DNA from: a virus
Lineage: Duplodnaviria > Caudoviricetes
Direction: 5' to 3' (one strand)
Length of the DNA stretch: 28,366 nt
IMG/VR virus record: IMGVR_UViG_3300032219_000562
Span: 1-28,366 of that record
Part shown: piece after piece, positions 1 through 8,296 of the stretch
Layout: every line of letters starts with the position of its first letter
Numbering within the stretch: the stretch's first letter is position 1
Position numbers and translations under genes: made by a program
The notes under the pieces: model-generated
What the model saw: the letters and a program-made list of their open reading frames with translations, nothing else
Database searches by the model: none
What the model was told of the DNA's origin: nothing

Positions 1-1338
1 AATGACGGTTACCTATTTGCTACTGGTAATACAATTACTGGTGGCGGTAATATGATTGTTGGTACTGGTTTGATGAATGATGTTATATTCGCTACTGGAG
101 GAATAAACACACAAAATGAAGTGATGAGAGTTACTTCAGCAAATACGGTAATAGTTAAAACAACTAATACGAGTACATCGACAACAACTGGTGCTTTGCA
201 AGTAAAAGGTGGAGTTGGTGTTGTTGGTAACGTATATGCAGGTGCAGTATACTCTAATAATACTTTAGTATTAACATCAGAACCTGTTGGTATAGCAGCA
301 TACGCTCAAGCAAACAACGCAAGTGGTAACACAGTAGCACTACAGACAGTTAACACTACACAAAATACGAATATAACAGCAGTTAATACTTTAGCAAATG
401 CTGCTTACACTCAAGCAAACAGCGCAAGTGGTAATACTGTTGCATTACAGACATACAGTACATTAGCCAATGGTAACATAATTGCTTTGCAATCTCAAGT
501 TGCAACATTAAATGCAAACGTGGCCGCAGTCAATACATTTACTCAAGCGGCATTCAATAAAGCAAATACAGATGTAACTAGTATTAACACCACTGCTGGT
601 ACCTATGGTAATACTAGTTTTGTTCCAGTAATTACTGTTGCTGCTAATGGTAGAATAAGTTCTGTTTCCACTTCAGCAATTTCTGGTGGAGGTGGTAGCA
701 CGATTGACCAATTCGCTAGAGATACAGCAAATACAGCAGCAGCAAATACAGTAGCACTACAAGCTGTTAACGTCATTCAAAATACCAATATTACTAACGC
801 TAATACTTTAGCACAAGCAGCATTTAATCAAGCAAATACAGATGTAACCAACATTAGTACAACTGCTGGCACTTATGGTAGTGCTAGTCTTGTACCAGTG
901 ATTACTGTTGCTACTAATGGTAGAATAAGTTCTGTTTCAACTGTTGCTGTTTCTGGTGGAGGTGGTCCGGCTGCTTCAAATAACTCACAAATCATTTACA
1001 TAATTGATGGTGGTGGAGCAACAATTACTACAGGATTAAAAGGATCGTTAGAAATTCCATTTAATTGTAACGTAGTTTCTTGGACACTATTAGCCGATCA
1101 AACAGGTTCAATAACAATGAACATATTTAACGAAAGCTATTCTACTTGGGGACCTGCTTTACCTAGAACTAATCCTATTAATTTTGTTTCAGTACCTCAA
1201 CTAAATAGTGCATCGAAAAATAATATTACTCTGGGTACTGAAGTTCAAATAGCATCAGGTAATATATTATCATTTAATGTCTTTTCATCTTCTTCTGTTA
1301 CGAGGTTGACAGTATGTCTAAAAGTGTTGAAAACTTAA
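1..1338 (+). CDS. Tail fibre-like structural protein, 5'-truncated by the window edge
   Basis: Frame +1 is open from base 1 (NDGYLFATGNTITGGGNM...), so the ATG at 52 is probably internal. The protein is Thr/Asn/Ala-rich, with a STSTTTGALQVKGGVGV motif, coiled-coil-like AFNxAN repeats, two TAGTYG-x-VPVITVAxNGRISSVS repeats and a C-terminal beta-rich domain. It lies upstream of the neck genes. Confidence 0.7.
   Translation, partial: NDGYLFATGNTITGGGNMIVGTGLMNDVIFATGGINTQNEVMRVTSANTVIVKTTNTSTSTTTGALQVKGGVGVVGNVYAGAVYSNNTLVLTSEPVGIAAYAQANNASGNTVALQTVNTTQNTNITAVNTLANAAYTQANSASGNTVALQTYSTLANGNIIALQSQVATLNANVAAVNTFTQAAFNKANTDVTSINTTAGTYGNTSFVPVITVAANGRISSVSTSAISGGGGSTIDQFARDTANTAAANTVALQAVNVIQNTNITNANTLAQAAFNQANTDVTNISTTAGTYGSASLVPVITVATNGRISSVSTVAVSGGGGPAASNNSQIIYIIDGGGATITTGLKGSLEIPFNCNVVSWTLLADQTGSITMNIFNESYSTWGPALPRTNPINFVSVPQLNSASKNNITLGTEVQIASGNILSFNVFSSSSVTRLTVCLKVLKT
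604..657 (+). repeat. 54-bp exact direct repeat, copy 1 (copy 2 at 7373..7426)
   Basis: tatggtaatactagttttgttccagtaattactgttgctgctaatggtagaata is identical at both positions (aligned by hand). Confidence 0.9.
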
Positions 1339-1622
1339 ATATAGTTAATGTTCCACCTCAGTACAGTTTTGATTATGGAGATTTTACATTTAATATGTAT
1401 CATGTAAATACTGGAGAAGGTTTAAAAAAACATGAACATATTTTTTCTCATTTGACTGTTACTACAGCAGGAAAAACAGCCATTAGAAAAGAAAACGTTT
1501 ATCTTGAGATGGATAAAAATGTTGAACCCGTTATTCTTAAAGAAAAAGAATGGCATGAAATATAAGCATTAGAAGATAATACTGTTTTTATTAATATATT
1601 CAAGAGAGGAAATTATGTCTGA
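1314..1622 (+). pseudogene. Cupin-fold protein interrupted by an in-frame TAA at 1563..1565 (nonsense mutation or sequence error)
   Basis: Cupin motif 1-like HEHIFSH and motif 2-like WHEI are present. Reading through the TAA gives ALEDNTVFINIFKRGNYV to TGA at 1620..1622, supplying the missing last beta-strands and overlapping the next ATG (1615) as other genes here do. Confidence 0.65.
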
Positions 1623-1809
1623 TTACGTTCTCTTTGATTCTGAGGGAAACTATCAAAATACCATAGTGTGTCATGGTGATTATCAATTACCTGAAGGGTG
1701 GACACGACAGCTATTAGAGCCTGGGCAATTTTGGGAAGATGGTAAAATAACATCTTTTCAAGAACAATTTGATGCCATGTCTAAAAAAATTACTCTCAAA
1801 GAAATATAA
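1615..1809 (+). CDS. Small hypothetical protein, possibly a fibre-associated or assembly protein
   Basis: 64 aa ORF with GAGAGGA upstream, tightly packed between neighbours. Function is inferred from position only. Confidence 0.6.
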   Translation: MSDYVLFDSEGNYQNTIVCHGDYQLPEGWTRQLLEPGQFWEDGKITSFQEQFDAMSKKITLKEI

Positions 1810-1812
1810 TAA

Positions 1813-3729
1813 ATGGCATATGAAAGAGTCACAGTAGTATTTCCTGCCTCAGGCACATTTTATGTTCCAGAAGATTGTTTTGATTTAACTATTCAATGTG
1901 TTGGTGCGGGCGGACTTGGTGGCGCCATTAATGGTGGACATGGAGGAGCATATTCAAAAACGGATCCTGTTGCTGTTACTCCAGGAAGCGTAATATATTT
2001 TCAAGTTGGTGCAGGAGGCGGTCAAACTTGGGTTAATGTAGTATCAAATAATACTCCTGCAAATACCAAACAAGGTTGTTTGGCAGCTGGAGGAGCTACA
2101 TATCCAACTAATCAAGTAGCAGCAGGTGTTGGTGACTTAAAATATGCTGGTGGCATAGCTGGAAATAGTGTATTTGCTTTTAGCCAATGTATTGGATGTT
2201 CCTGTACTTCTTTTTATTATTTTGGTGGAGGTGGTGGTTCTGCGGGTCCAAATGGTTCGGGTGGAAATGGATCAAATGCAAACACTACAATAGGTGGAGC
2301 AGGTGGAGGAGCCAATGGAGGAGGTAATGCAGCTAACACTACTGGTGGGTTAAGTAGATTTGGTACAACTACGAACGGAGCAGGCGGCTCTGTTGGCGCA
2401 TTTGGAAATACCGATTATATTGATTCATGGACAACAATTGATGGATATAGATTTGGTGTAGCTGGAGGAATAGGTCAAAATTCTATTGCAGGGTCAGGAG
2501 ATCCTTCTGGGTATAATCCCACAATAGGCAACTCTTTCTATGTGCAGCCGCATCCTAGTACATGGTTTTATGGTGCAGGTTCTAGAGGTAGAGGACTTGT
2601 TATATTATCATATATTAGAAAAAAACCAACTGCGAATGTTACAGTAACAAGAATTATTGCTGGTTCTTTTGCGACTGGTACCGCCATATATGAAGGACAA
2701 ACTAAAGATCGATTTTATTCTCCTATAATAATTCCTGCAGGTACTACAAGAATAACTATAGAAGGCCTAGGTGCAGGTGCAGGAGGCGATCCTGGAACCG
2801 CCTCATTCAGTCGCACGGCCGGTGGAGGAGGCGGTTCGTATGCCAATACTACCAATACTACAATTAGATCAACAGGTACTTATATATCATATTATGTTGC
2901 ACCAATAATGACAGCGTATTTTCATAATGTAATGTCTTCCGGTAATGGAATTGCAAATACTTGGGCAACTATAGGTGGAAATACTGAAGCAAACCTTATT
3001 TCGCAGAATAGTTTTGCAATAACAGCAAAATCAGGATATGCAGCCAATTCAATAAAAATATCTATTGGTCAATTTACTGCAAATGGTGGAGATGGTGGTA
3101 TTGGATCCACTACTGGAGCTAGTAACTACAAAGCAGGCGGTGGTGGTGGTGCAGCTTGGTTAGGAGGTGCTGGTGGTAGAGGTGGAAATACATTCACACA
3201 AACTAACACTACAGGTACCGGAGGAGGAGGTGGAGCAGCGGCCAATCTAACAAGTTCTGGAACACTACAGTCAAGTCCAAATGCCCCTAGTGCGACCACC
3301 GGTGGTACAGGAGGAGCTATTGGTGGACAAACAGGCGGCACAGGAGGAACTAGTGCTCTGAATGCAGGAAATGGATTAAATGGTGGCGGTGGTGGTGGTG
3401 GTGGATCGTTAGGAACAGGAGCAACTCCGCGGCAAGGTGGTGAAGGCAGCAATGTAACAGTATACACAGCAGATTCGACAGGTTCTCTTGGATATAATGC
3501 AGGACCAGGTGGTGGTGGAGGTGGTGCTTATAGCAGTACAGCAGGCGTTACTGGCTATGGAGGTAAAGGTGGTTTTGGTGGTGGCGGCGGTGGCGGTGGC
3601 TCGGGCGGCGGTTATACTGGTTATTTGCAATCTGGTGGTCCAGGTCTTTTTAAAGTTGTCTATACTGTCGATACTGCAAATGCTGATGCGTTTATCACCA
3701 CATCATCTTTTGGTTATATTATAGATTAA
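1813..3729 (+). CDS. Glycine-rich virion protein (adhesin/fibre-tip-like) with two tandem Gly-rich modules
   Basis: 638 aa. Two modules begin F/I-x-V/I-P...I-x-x-x-GAG, contain runs of GGGG and end in GLVILSY and GLFKVVY. Located in the structural region. Confidence 0.7.
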   Translation: MAYERVTVVFPASGTFYVPEDCFDLTIQCVGAGGLGGAINGGHGGAYSKTDPVAVTPGSVIYFQVGAGGGQTWVNVVSNNTPANTKQGCLAAGGATYPTNQVAAGVGDLKYAGGIAGNSVFAFSQCIGCSCTSFYYFGGGGGSAGPNGSGGNGSNANTTIGGAGGGANGGGNAANTTGGLSRFGTTTNGAGGSVGAFGNTDYIDSWTTIDGYRFGVAGGIGQNSIAGSGDPSGYNPTIGNSFYVQPHPSTWFYGAGSRGRGLVILSYIRKKPTANVTVTRIIAGSFATGTAIYEGQTKDRFYSPIIIPAGTTRITIEGLGAGAGGDPGTASFSRTAGGGGGSYANTTNTTIRSTGTYISYYVAPIMTAYFHNVMSSGNGIANTWATIGGNTEANLISQNSFAITAKSGYAANSIKISIGQFTANGGDGGIGSTTGASNYKAGGGGGAAWLGGAGGRGGNTFTQTNTTGTGGGGGAAANLTSSGTLQSSPNAPSATTGGTGGAIGGQTGGTGGTSALNAGNGLNGGGGGGGGSLGTGATPRQGGEGSNVTVYTADSTGSLGYNAGPGGGGGGAYSSTAGVTGYGGKGGFGGGGGGGGSGGGYTGYLQSGGPGLFKVVYTVDTANADAFITTSSFGYIID

Positions 3730-3736
3730 ATAAATA
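3729..3736 (+). promoter_or_regulatory. Putative late promoter variant (AATAAATA) upstream of g13
   Basis: One mismatch to the T4 gp55 consensus TATAAATA, about 20 nt before the g13 ATG. AT-rich background lowers confidence. Confidence 0.45.
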
Positions 3737-3756
3737 CAATATAACTTGGAGAAAAA

Positions 3757-4536
3757 ATGGCACAAATAACCAATAGACAACAATTTAAAGACTACTGCTT
3801 ACGTAGATTAGGTTTTCCTGTCATTGATATTAACATGGATGATGAGCAGATAGAAGATAGAATTGATGACGCTTTACAATATTGGCAAGATTATCATTTT
3901 GATGGCCTTCAGAAAGTGTATTATATTAAATCAGTATCAGCAGATGATATTTCTAATCGTTATATTAATATGGATCCATCTGTTACAAAAGATGCACAAA
4001 ATAATTCATTAAATATTGTAGGTGTTACTCGTATATTTCCACTTCAAGATTCTCAAGCTACTATTAATATGTTTGATTTGAGATATCAGCTACGTTTAAA
4101 TGAATTATACGATTTTACTTCTGCTTCATATATTAACTACACTTTAACTCAACAACATCTTCGTTCTCTAGAAATTATGTTTACTGGAGAAGTTCCTATT
4201 CGCTTTCAAAGACATATGCATAGATTGTATATTGATTGGGCGTGGGGTTATTCAGAAGCGCCGCTTGGTACTATTGTTGTTGCTGAATGCTATGCTTTAA
4301 TTAATCCAAATGTTTACAATGCTGTTTGGGATGATCGTTGGTTAAAAAGATATGCTACAGCATTAATGAAACGTAATTGGGGAGATAATTTAAAAAAGTT
4401 TCAAGGCGTTCAATTATTGGGTGGAGTTACATTAAATGGAGATAAAATTTACGAAGATGCAGTAGAAGAAATAAAACAATTAGAAGATGAAATGGAATCT
4501 TCTTACGGTGCGCCTTTAGAATTTTTCTTAAACTAA
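3757..4536 (+). CDS. g13: Neck protein gp13
   Basis: T4-like gp13 motifs: FKDYCLRRLGFPVIDIN...QIEDRIDDALQYW..YHFDG and WLKRYATALMKRNWG.NL.KF.GVQL.GGVTLNG. Synteny g13-g14-g15. Confidence 0.95.
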   Translation: MAQITNRQQFKDYCLRRLGFPVIDINMDDEQIEDRIDDALQYWQDYHFDGLQKVYYIKSVSADDISNRYINMDPSVTKDAQNNSLNIVGVTRIFPLQDSQATINMFDLRYQLRLNELYDFTSASYINYTLTQQHLRSLEIMFTGEVPIRFQRHMHRLYIDWAWGYSEAPLGTIVVAECYALINPNVYNAVWDDRWLKRYATALMKRNWGDNLKKFQGVQLLGGVTLNGDKIYEDAVEEIKQLEDEMESSYGAPLEFFLN

Positions 4537-4537
4537 T

Positions 4538-5425
4538 ATGCCAACAAGCCATTATTTTAATAATTATAACGCTAAGTATACTGAACAACGCTTAGTAGAA
4601 GATTTGATTGTTGAATCCATTAAAATGATGGGTGTGGATTGTTATTATATTCCAAATACAAATGATAATGATAGAGATATTTTATATGGAGAAGATCCTC
4701 TTAAAAAATTCACAACAGCATATCAGATAGAATTGTATCCTAGTAATGTTTTGGACTACAAAGGTGACAATGATTTTTTTAGTAAGTTTGGCCTTGAAAT
4801 TAAAAATCACATGACAATCATAGTGTCAAAAAGAAGTTTTAATCAAAGAGTACCTGAAGATTCAAGATATGATAGACCTAGAGATGGCGATTTAATTTAT
4901 ATACCGCCGCTTAATGGTGTTGGTGAATTATATGAAATTACGTTTGTCAATCAAGACAAAGACATGGCAATGTTAGGTCGTAGAGTACCATATTTTTATG
5001 AGATACAATTAGAGAAATTTAAATATTCACACGAAACTATTGAAACTGGTATACCAGATATTGATATTGTTCAACAACAAGAAGCATATTCTCAAAGATT
5101 TAAATTGTCATCAGTATCAGGAACATATATTATTGGAGAAACTATTTTTGTCAGCCCAGATATTACATTAGCAAACTCCACAGCATCTGGTATTATTGCT
5201 GATTATAATTCGGTTACATCAAATGTCTATATTAACACAATAGTTGGAACTTTTACAGTAGGACAATTAGCAAGAGGTGAAAATTCAAATGCAACTGCTA
5301 TTTTAACGTCAACAGACGAATATGAACAATCTGAATTTTATGTAAATTATGATAATAATATAATTCGTACAGAAGGAAATTTAATTCTTGATTTTTCAGA
5401 ATCTAACCCATTTGGTAGTATATAA
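4538..5425 (+). CDS. g14: Neck protein gp14
   Basis: EQRLVEDLIVESIKMMG.DCYYIP, GED, FFSKFGLEI, RP.DGDLIY, C-terminal DFSESNPFG. Synteny. Confidence 0.95.
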   Translation: MPTSHYFNNYNAKYTEQRLVEDLIVESIKMMGVDCYYIPNTNDNDRDILYGEDPLKKFTTAYQIELYPSNVLDYKGDNDFFSKFGLEIKNHMTIIVSKRSFNQRVPEDSRYDRPRDGDLIYIPPLNGVGELYEITFVNQDKDMAMLGRRVPYFYEIQLEKFKYSHETIETGIPDIDIVQQQEAYSQRFKLSSVSGTYIIGETIFVSPDITLANSTASGIIADYNSVTSNVYINTIVGTFTVGQLARGENSNATAILTSTDEYEQSEFYVNYDNNIIRTEGNLILDFSESNPFGSI

Positions 5426-6504
5426 TGTCAGCAACATATCACAGAATTATTCGTAAACTTGTAGTAGGTTTTGGTAGTTTGTTTGACAACATTACCTTAA
5501 CTCGCTATAATGTAGATGGTACCGAAGATAGAAAAGTTAAGGTACCTATTATCTATGCACCAAAAGAAAAGTATGTGGCTCGTTTAATAGCTGATCCGTT
5601 ACTCAACAAAAAAGTTCAAATTACATTACCTAGAATGTCTTTTGACTTATTAAGCATGAATTATGATGCTTCAAGAAAACAAGTAACGAATCAAAAGAAT
5701 TTTGCTGTATCTGGTAGTTCTAACACTAAACTCGCTCAATATAATCCAGTACCCTACAATTTTGATTTTTCATTGTACATATATGTTCGAAATATAGAAG
5801 ATGGTACTCAAATAATAGAACATATTCTTCCTTTCTTTACACCAGAGTATACAATTAAATTAAATCTTGTTCCTACTATGGGAATAGTAAAAGAAATACC
5901 AATAGTATTAAATTCAGTTAACTATGATATAGACTATGAAGGATTACAAGATTCAGATGCCAGAGTTGTTATTTGGACTTTAAATTTTACAGCTAAAGGA
6001 TTTGTATATGGTGCAGTACAAGAAGGAAAAGTAATTAAAAAATCTTTAGTGTATATAAACAATTTAAATGCTTCATTTAATGGTACTGTAAGTTTAGATG
6101 TTACTTCTAGTGGATTTGGAAACTTTAAGGAAGGAGAAACTGTATATCAAGGATATTCTTTAGATACTGCCACAGCAACTGGAGTTGTAGTTTCTTTTGA
6201 TACAACATTAAATGTGTTAGTGCTTAAAGATATGTCAGGCACTTTTGTAGTTGGATCAGTTATAATTGGTTTAGATAGTTTTGCAGAAAGAAATCTAATT
6301 ACAAACACCGAACAAGGTGGAAGAATGGCATTAGCAAATACAACAGTTAATCCGCCAACAGCAAATATAAATAGTCCATATACTATCAATACTATAATTA
6401 CAGAAGCACCAAATATTGATGCTAATGTTACAGTAGCGATTGTTCCACAAAGTGTTTTTTTGGATCTTAATGATCCAGATAATCAAATTATAGACCTATT
6501 ATAA
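5425..6504 (+). CDS. g15: Tail sheath stabiliser / tail terminator gp15 with C-terminal extension
   Basis: YH.IIRKLVVGFGSLF, KVPI.YAPKEKY, LPRMSF, PVPYNFDF.L, QIIE.ILPFF.P motifs. Synteny. Confidence 0.95.
   Translation: MSATYHRIIRKLVVGFGSLFDNITLTRYNVDGTEDRKVKVPIIYAPKEKYVARLIADPLLNKKVQITLPRMSFDLLSMNYDASRKQVTNQKNFAVSGSSNTKLAQYNPVPYNFDFSLYIYVRNIEDGTQIIEHILPFFTPEYTIKLNLVPTMGIVKEIPIVLNSVNYDIDYEGLQDSDARVVIWTLNFTAKGFVYGAVQEGKVIKKSLVYINNLNASFNGTVSLDVTSSGFGNFKEGETVYQGYSLDTATATGVVVSFDTTLNVLVLKDMSGTFVVGSVIIGLDSFAERNLITNTEQGGRMALANTTVNPPTANINSPYTINTIITEAPNIDANVTVAIVPQSVFLDLNDPDNQIIDLL
6366..6373 (+). promoter_or_regulatory. Possible internal late promoter TATAAATA inside g15
   Basis: Exact consensus about 130 nt upstream of the inserted fibre gene at 6506. 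It could be chance in AT-rich DNA. Confidence 0.35.
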
Positions 6505-6505
6505 A

Positions 6506-8290
6506 ATGCCTTCAGTATTTAAATTTCGTAGAGGAACTACCGCGGCTGCAAATGATCTTACCGGACAAGAAGGTGAGATATTTGTTGATCTTCAAGCCAA
6601 AGCTTTGAGATTGCATGATGGCGTCTTTAAAGGTGGTTATGAAATATCGTCAGCAAATAGTGGAGCAACTACAGAAAGAACTCTATTAGTAGCCCAAGCT
6701 GCAAGAGATACAGCAAATTCTGCTTTTGCAGCAGCAGACGCAGCACAAACTCGTACCGCAGATTTAAGTGCTAGAGCGACTTCTCAAGCAGCCTTTGATA
6801 AAGCAAATTCATCAACTACTCTTGCACAAACAGCCTTCAATCAAGGCAATACAGCAACTACTTTAGCACAAGCAGCGTTTAACACTGCCAATACTGACGC
6901 AACACGAATTAATGTTACACCAGGAACATATGGAAATGCAACTCATGTTCCTGTTATTACTGTTGCCTCTAATGGGAGAATTAGTTCAGTATCTTCAAGT
7001 CCTATTACTGTAGCAATCAATATAAGTGGAGGTGCAGGAGGTGCAGCATCACAAGAAGATATTCAAGATTATGTTGCTCCTTTATTGACGCACAATTTTC
7101 ATGATGGTGGAAGAATAACTTTTACTTATGATGATGAATATAATTTAATAAGAGCGAATGTGATTAGCAGTTTAAGTAGTATCAGTGGTGGCGGAATAGA
7201 TTTCACTCAAGCGGCATTTAATACAGCAAACAATGCTTCTGGTAATACAGTAGCATTACAAACTGTCAATAATACCCAAAATACCAATATAACTAACACA
7301 AACACGTTAGCACAAGCAGCATTTAATCAAGCAAACACTGATGTAACCAATATTAATACCACTGCTGGTACTTATGGTAATACTAGTTTTGTTCCAGTAA
7401 TTACTGTTGCTGCTAATGGTAGAATATTAGGTGTTACTACAGCAGTAGTAAGTGGTGGTGGCGCAACAGATTTCACTCAATCTGCTTTTAACACAGCAAA
7501 CACAGCATTGTTGTTAGCCGCACAAGGTGGTGGTCAGCTAACTCAGGAAGAGGTTCAAGACTATATTGCTCCATTATTAGCACATGCAAATCATACTAAT
7601 GGAAAAATAACTTTTACTTATGCTGATGACACTAATCAAATTATAGCTAATGTTATTAGTGCACCACAATTAACTACATCAAGAACAATTAATGATATTT
7701 CATTTGATGGCACTCAAAATATTACTATTTTAAAAGTAGAAGCATCAAATACAGCAAATCAATTAGCTACAGCAAGAACGATCAATGGTGTTTCGTTTGA
7801 TGGTACTCAAAATATCACTATTTTAAGAGTAGAAGCATCAAATACAGCAAACCAAGCTATTCTAGCCAATACAGCTAATCAAGCAAATCAATTATCCACA
7901 CCAAGAACAATTAATGGTGTTTCGTTTAATGGTACTCAAAACATAACAATCAATGCAGTAGATAGCACCTCAAGAATTGCAAGTTCATTGATTAATGCAT
8001 TTAGTGGAGTTGCTGGATTAGATTCAGTTGGACAAATTTCAACTGGAGCTGTTCCTACTCTTCCTATTAGTAAAATAAATGATTTTTTAATTGCTTCACC
8101 AACTTCTGGTCAAGTATTAACATATACTGGAAGTAAATTTGAAAATAAAACGAGAGTGACTACATCTAGTTCAGCACCATCAACAGCATCATCTCTTGTT
8201 GGAGATTTGTGGATTAATTCTGACACAGGAAGACAATACATATTAATTTCAGATTCCGCAAGCGTTAAAAATTGGATTCAATTGGGTTAA
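6506..8290 (+). CDS. Modular tail fibre-like protein
   Basis: N-terminal FKFRRGT...GEIFVD...LRLHDG resembles the Mtd-N/hyaluronidase-N-type attachment motif. It also has AFNxAN coiled repeats, two GTYGN-x-VPVITVAxNGRI repeats, two QExxQDYxAPLL...ITFTY repeats, three QLxTxRTINxxSFxGTQNITI repeats and a C-terminal AP...GDLW...W motif. Confidence 0.8.
   Translation: MPSVFKFRRGTTAAANDLTGQEGEIFVDLQAKALRLHDGVFKGGYEISSANSGATTERTLLVAQAARDTANSAFAAADAAQTRTADLSARATSQAAFDKANSSTTLAQTAFNQGNTATTLAQAAFNTANTDATRINVTPGTYGNATHVPVITVASNGRISSVSSSPITVAINISGGAGGAASQEDIQDYVAPLLTHNFHDGGRITFTYDDEYNLIRANVISSLSSISGGGIDFTQAAFNTANNASGNTVALQTVNNTQNTNITNTNTLAQAAFNQANTDVTNINTTAGTYGNTSFVPVITVAANGRILGVTTAVVSGGGATDFTQSAFNTANTALLLAAQGGGQLTQEEVQDYIAPLLAHANHTNGKITFTYADDTNQIIANVISAPQLTTSRTINDISFDGTQNITILKVEASNTANQLATARTINGVSFDGTQNITILRVEASNTANQAILANTANQANQLSTPRTINGVSFNGTQNITINAVDSTSRIASSLINAFSGVAGLDSVGQISTGAVPTLPISKINDFLIASPTSGQVLTYTGSKFENKTRVTTSSSAPSTASSLVGDLWINSDTGRQYILISDSASVKNWIQLG
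7373..7426 (+). repeat. 54-bp exact direct repeat, copy 2 (copy 1 at 604..657)
   Basis: Identical to 604..657. A further 29-bp identity links 7307..7335 with 808..836. Confidence 0.9.
7667..7951 (+). repeat. Three imperfect intragenic repeats encoding QLxTxRTINxxSFxGTQNITI
   Basis: Visible at protein and DNA level (caagaac.at.aatg.t.tttc.ttt.atgg.actcaaaa). Confidence 0.85.
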
Positions 8291-8296
8291 CATATT

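Noticed and set aside
1563-1565. Alternative genetic code (stop reassignment)
   Set aside because: TAA ends most genes here, TGA ends several and TAG ends the cytidylyltransferase. Core genes are intact in the standard code.
3126-3724. Pro-rich minus-strand ORF 3126..3467 and overlapping ORFs 3409..3630 and 3488..3724
   Set aside because: Shadows of the GGT/GGA glycine codons of the 1813..3729 gene, with no independent signals.
540-7430. Diversity-generating retroelement suggested by an Mtd-N-like domain and near-identical repeats
   Set aside because: No reverse transcriptase in the window. Both repeat copies are coding and mid-gene, and the mismatches I checked are mostly synonymous C/T rather than adenine-specific.
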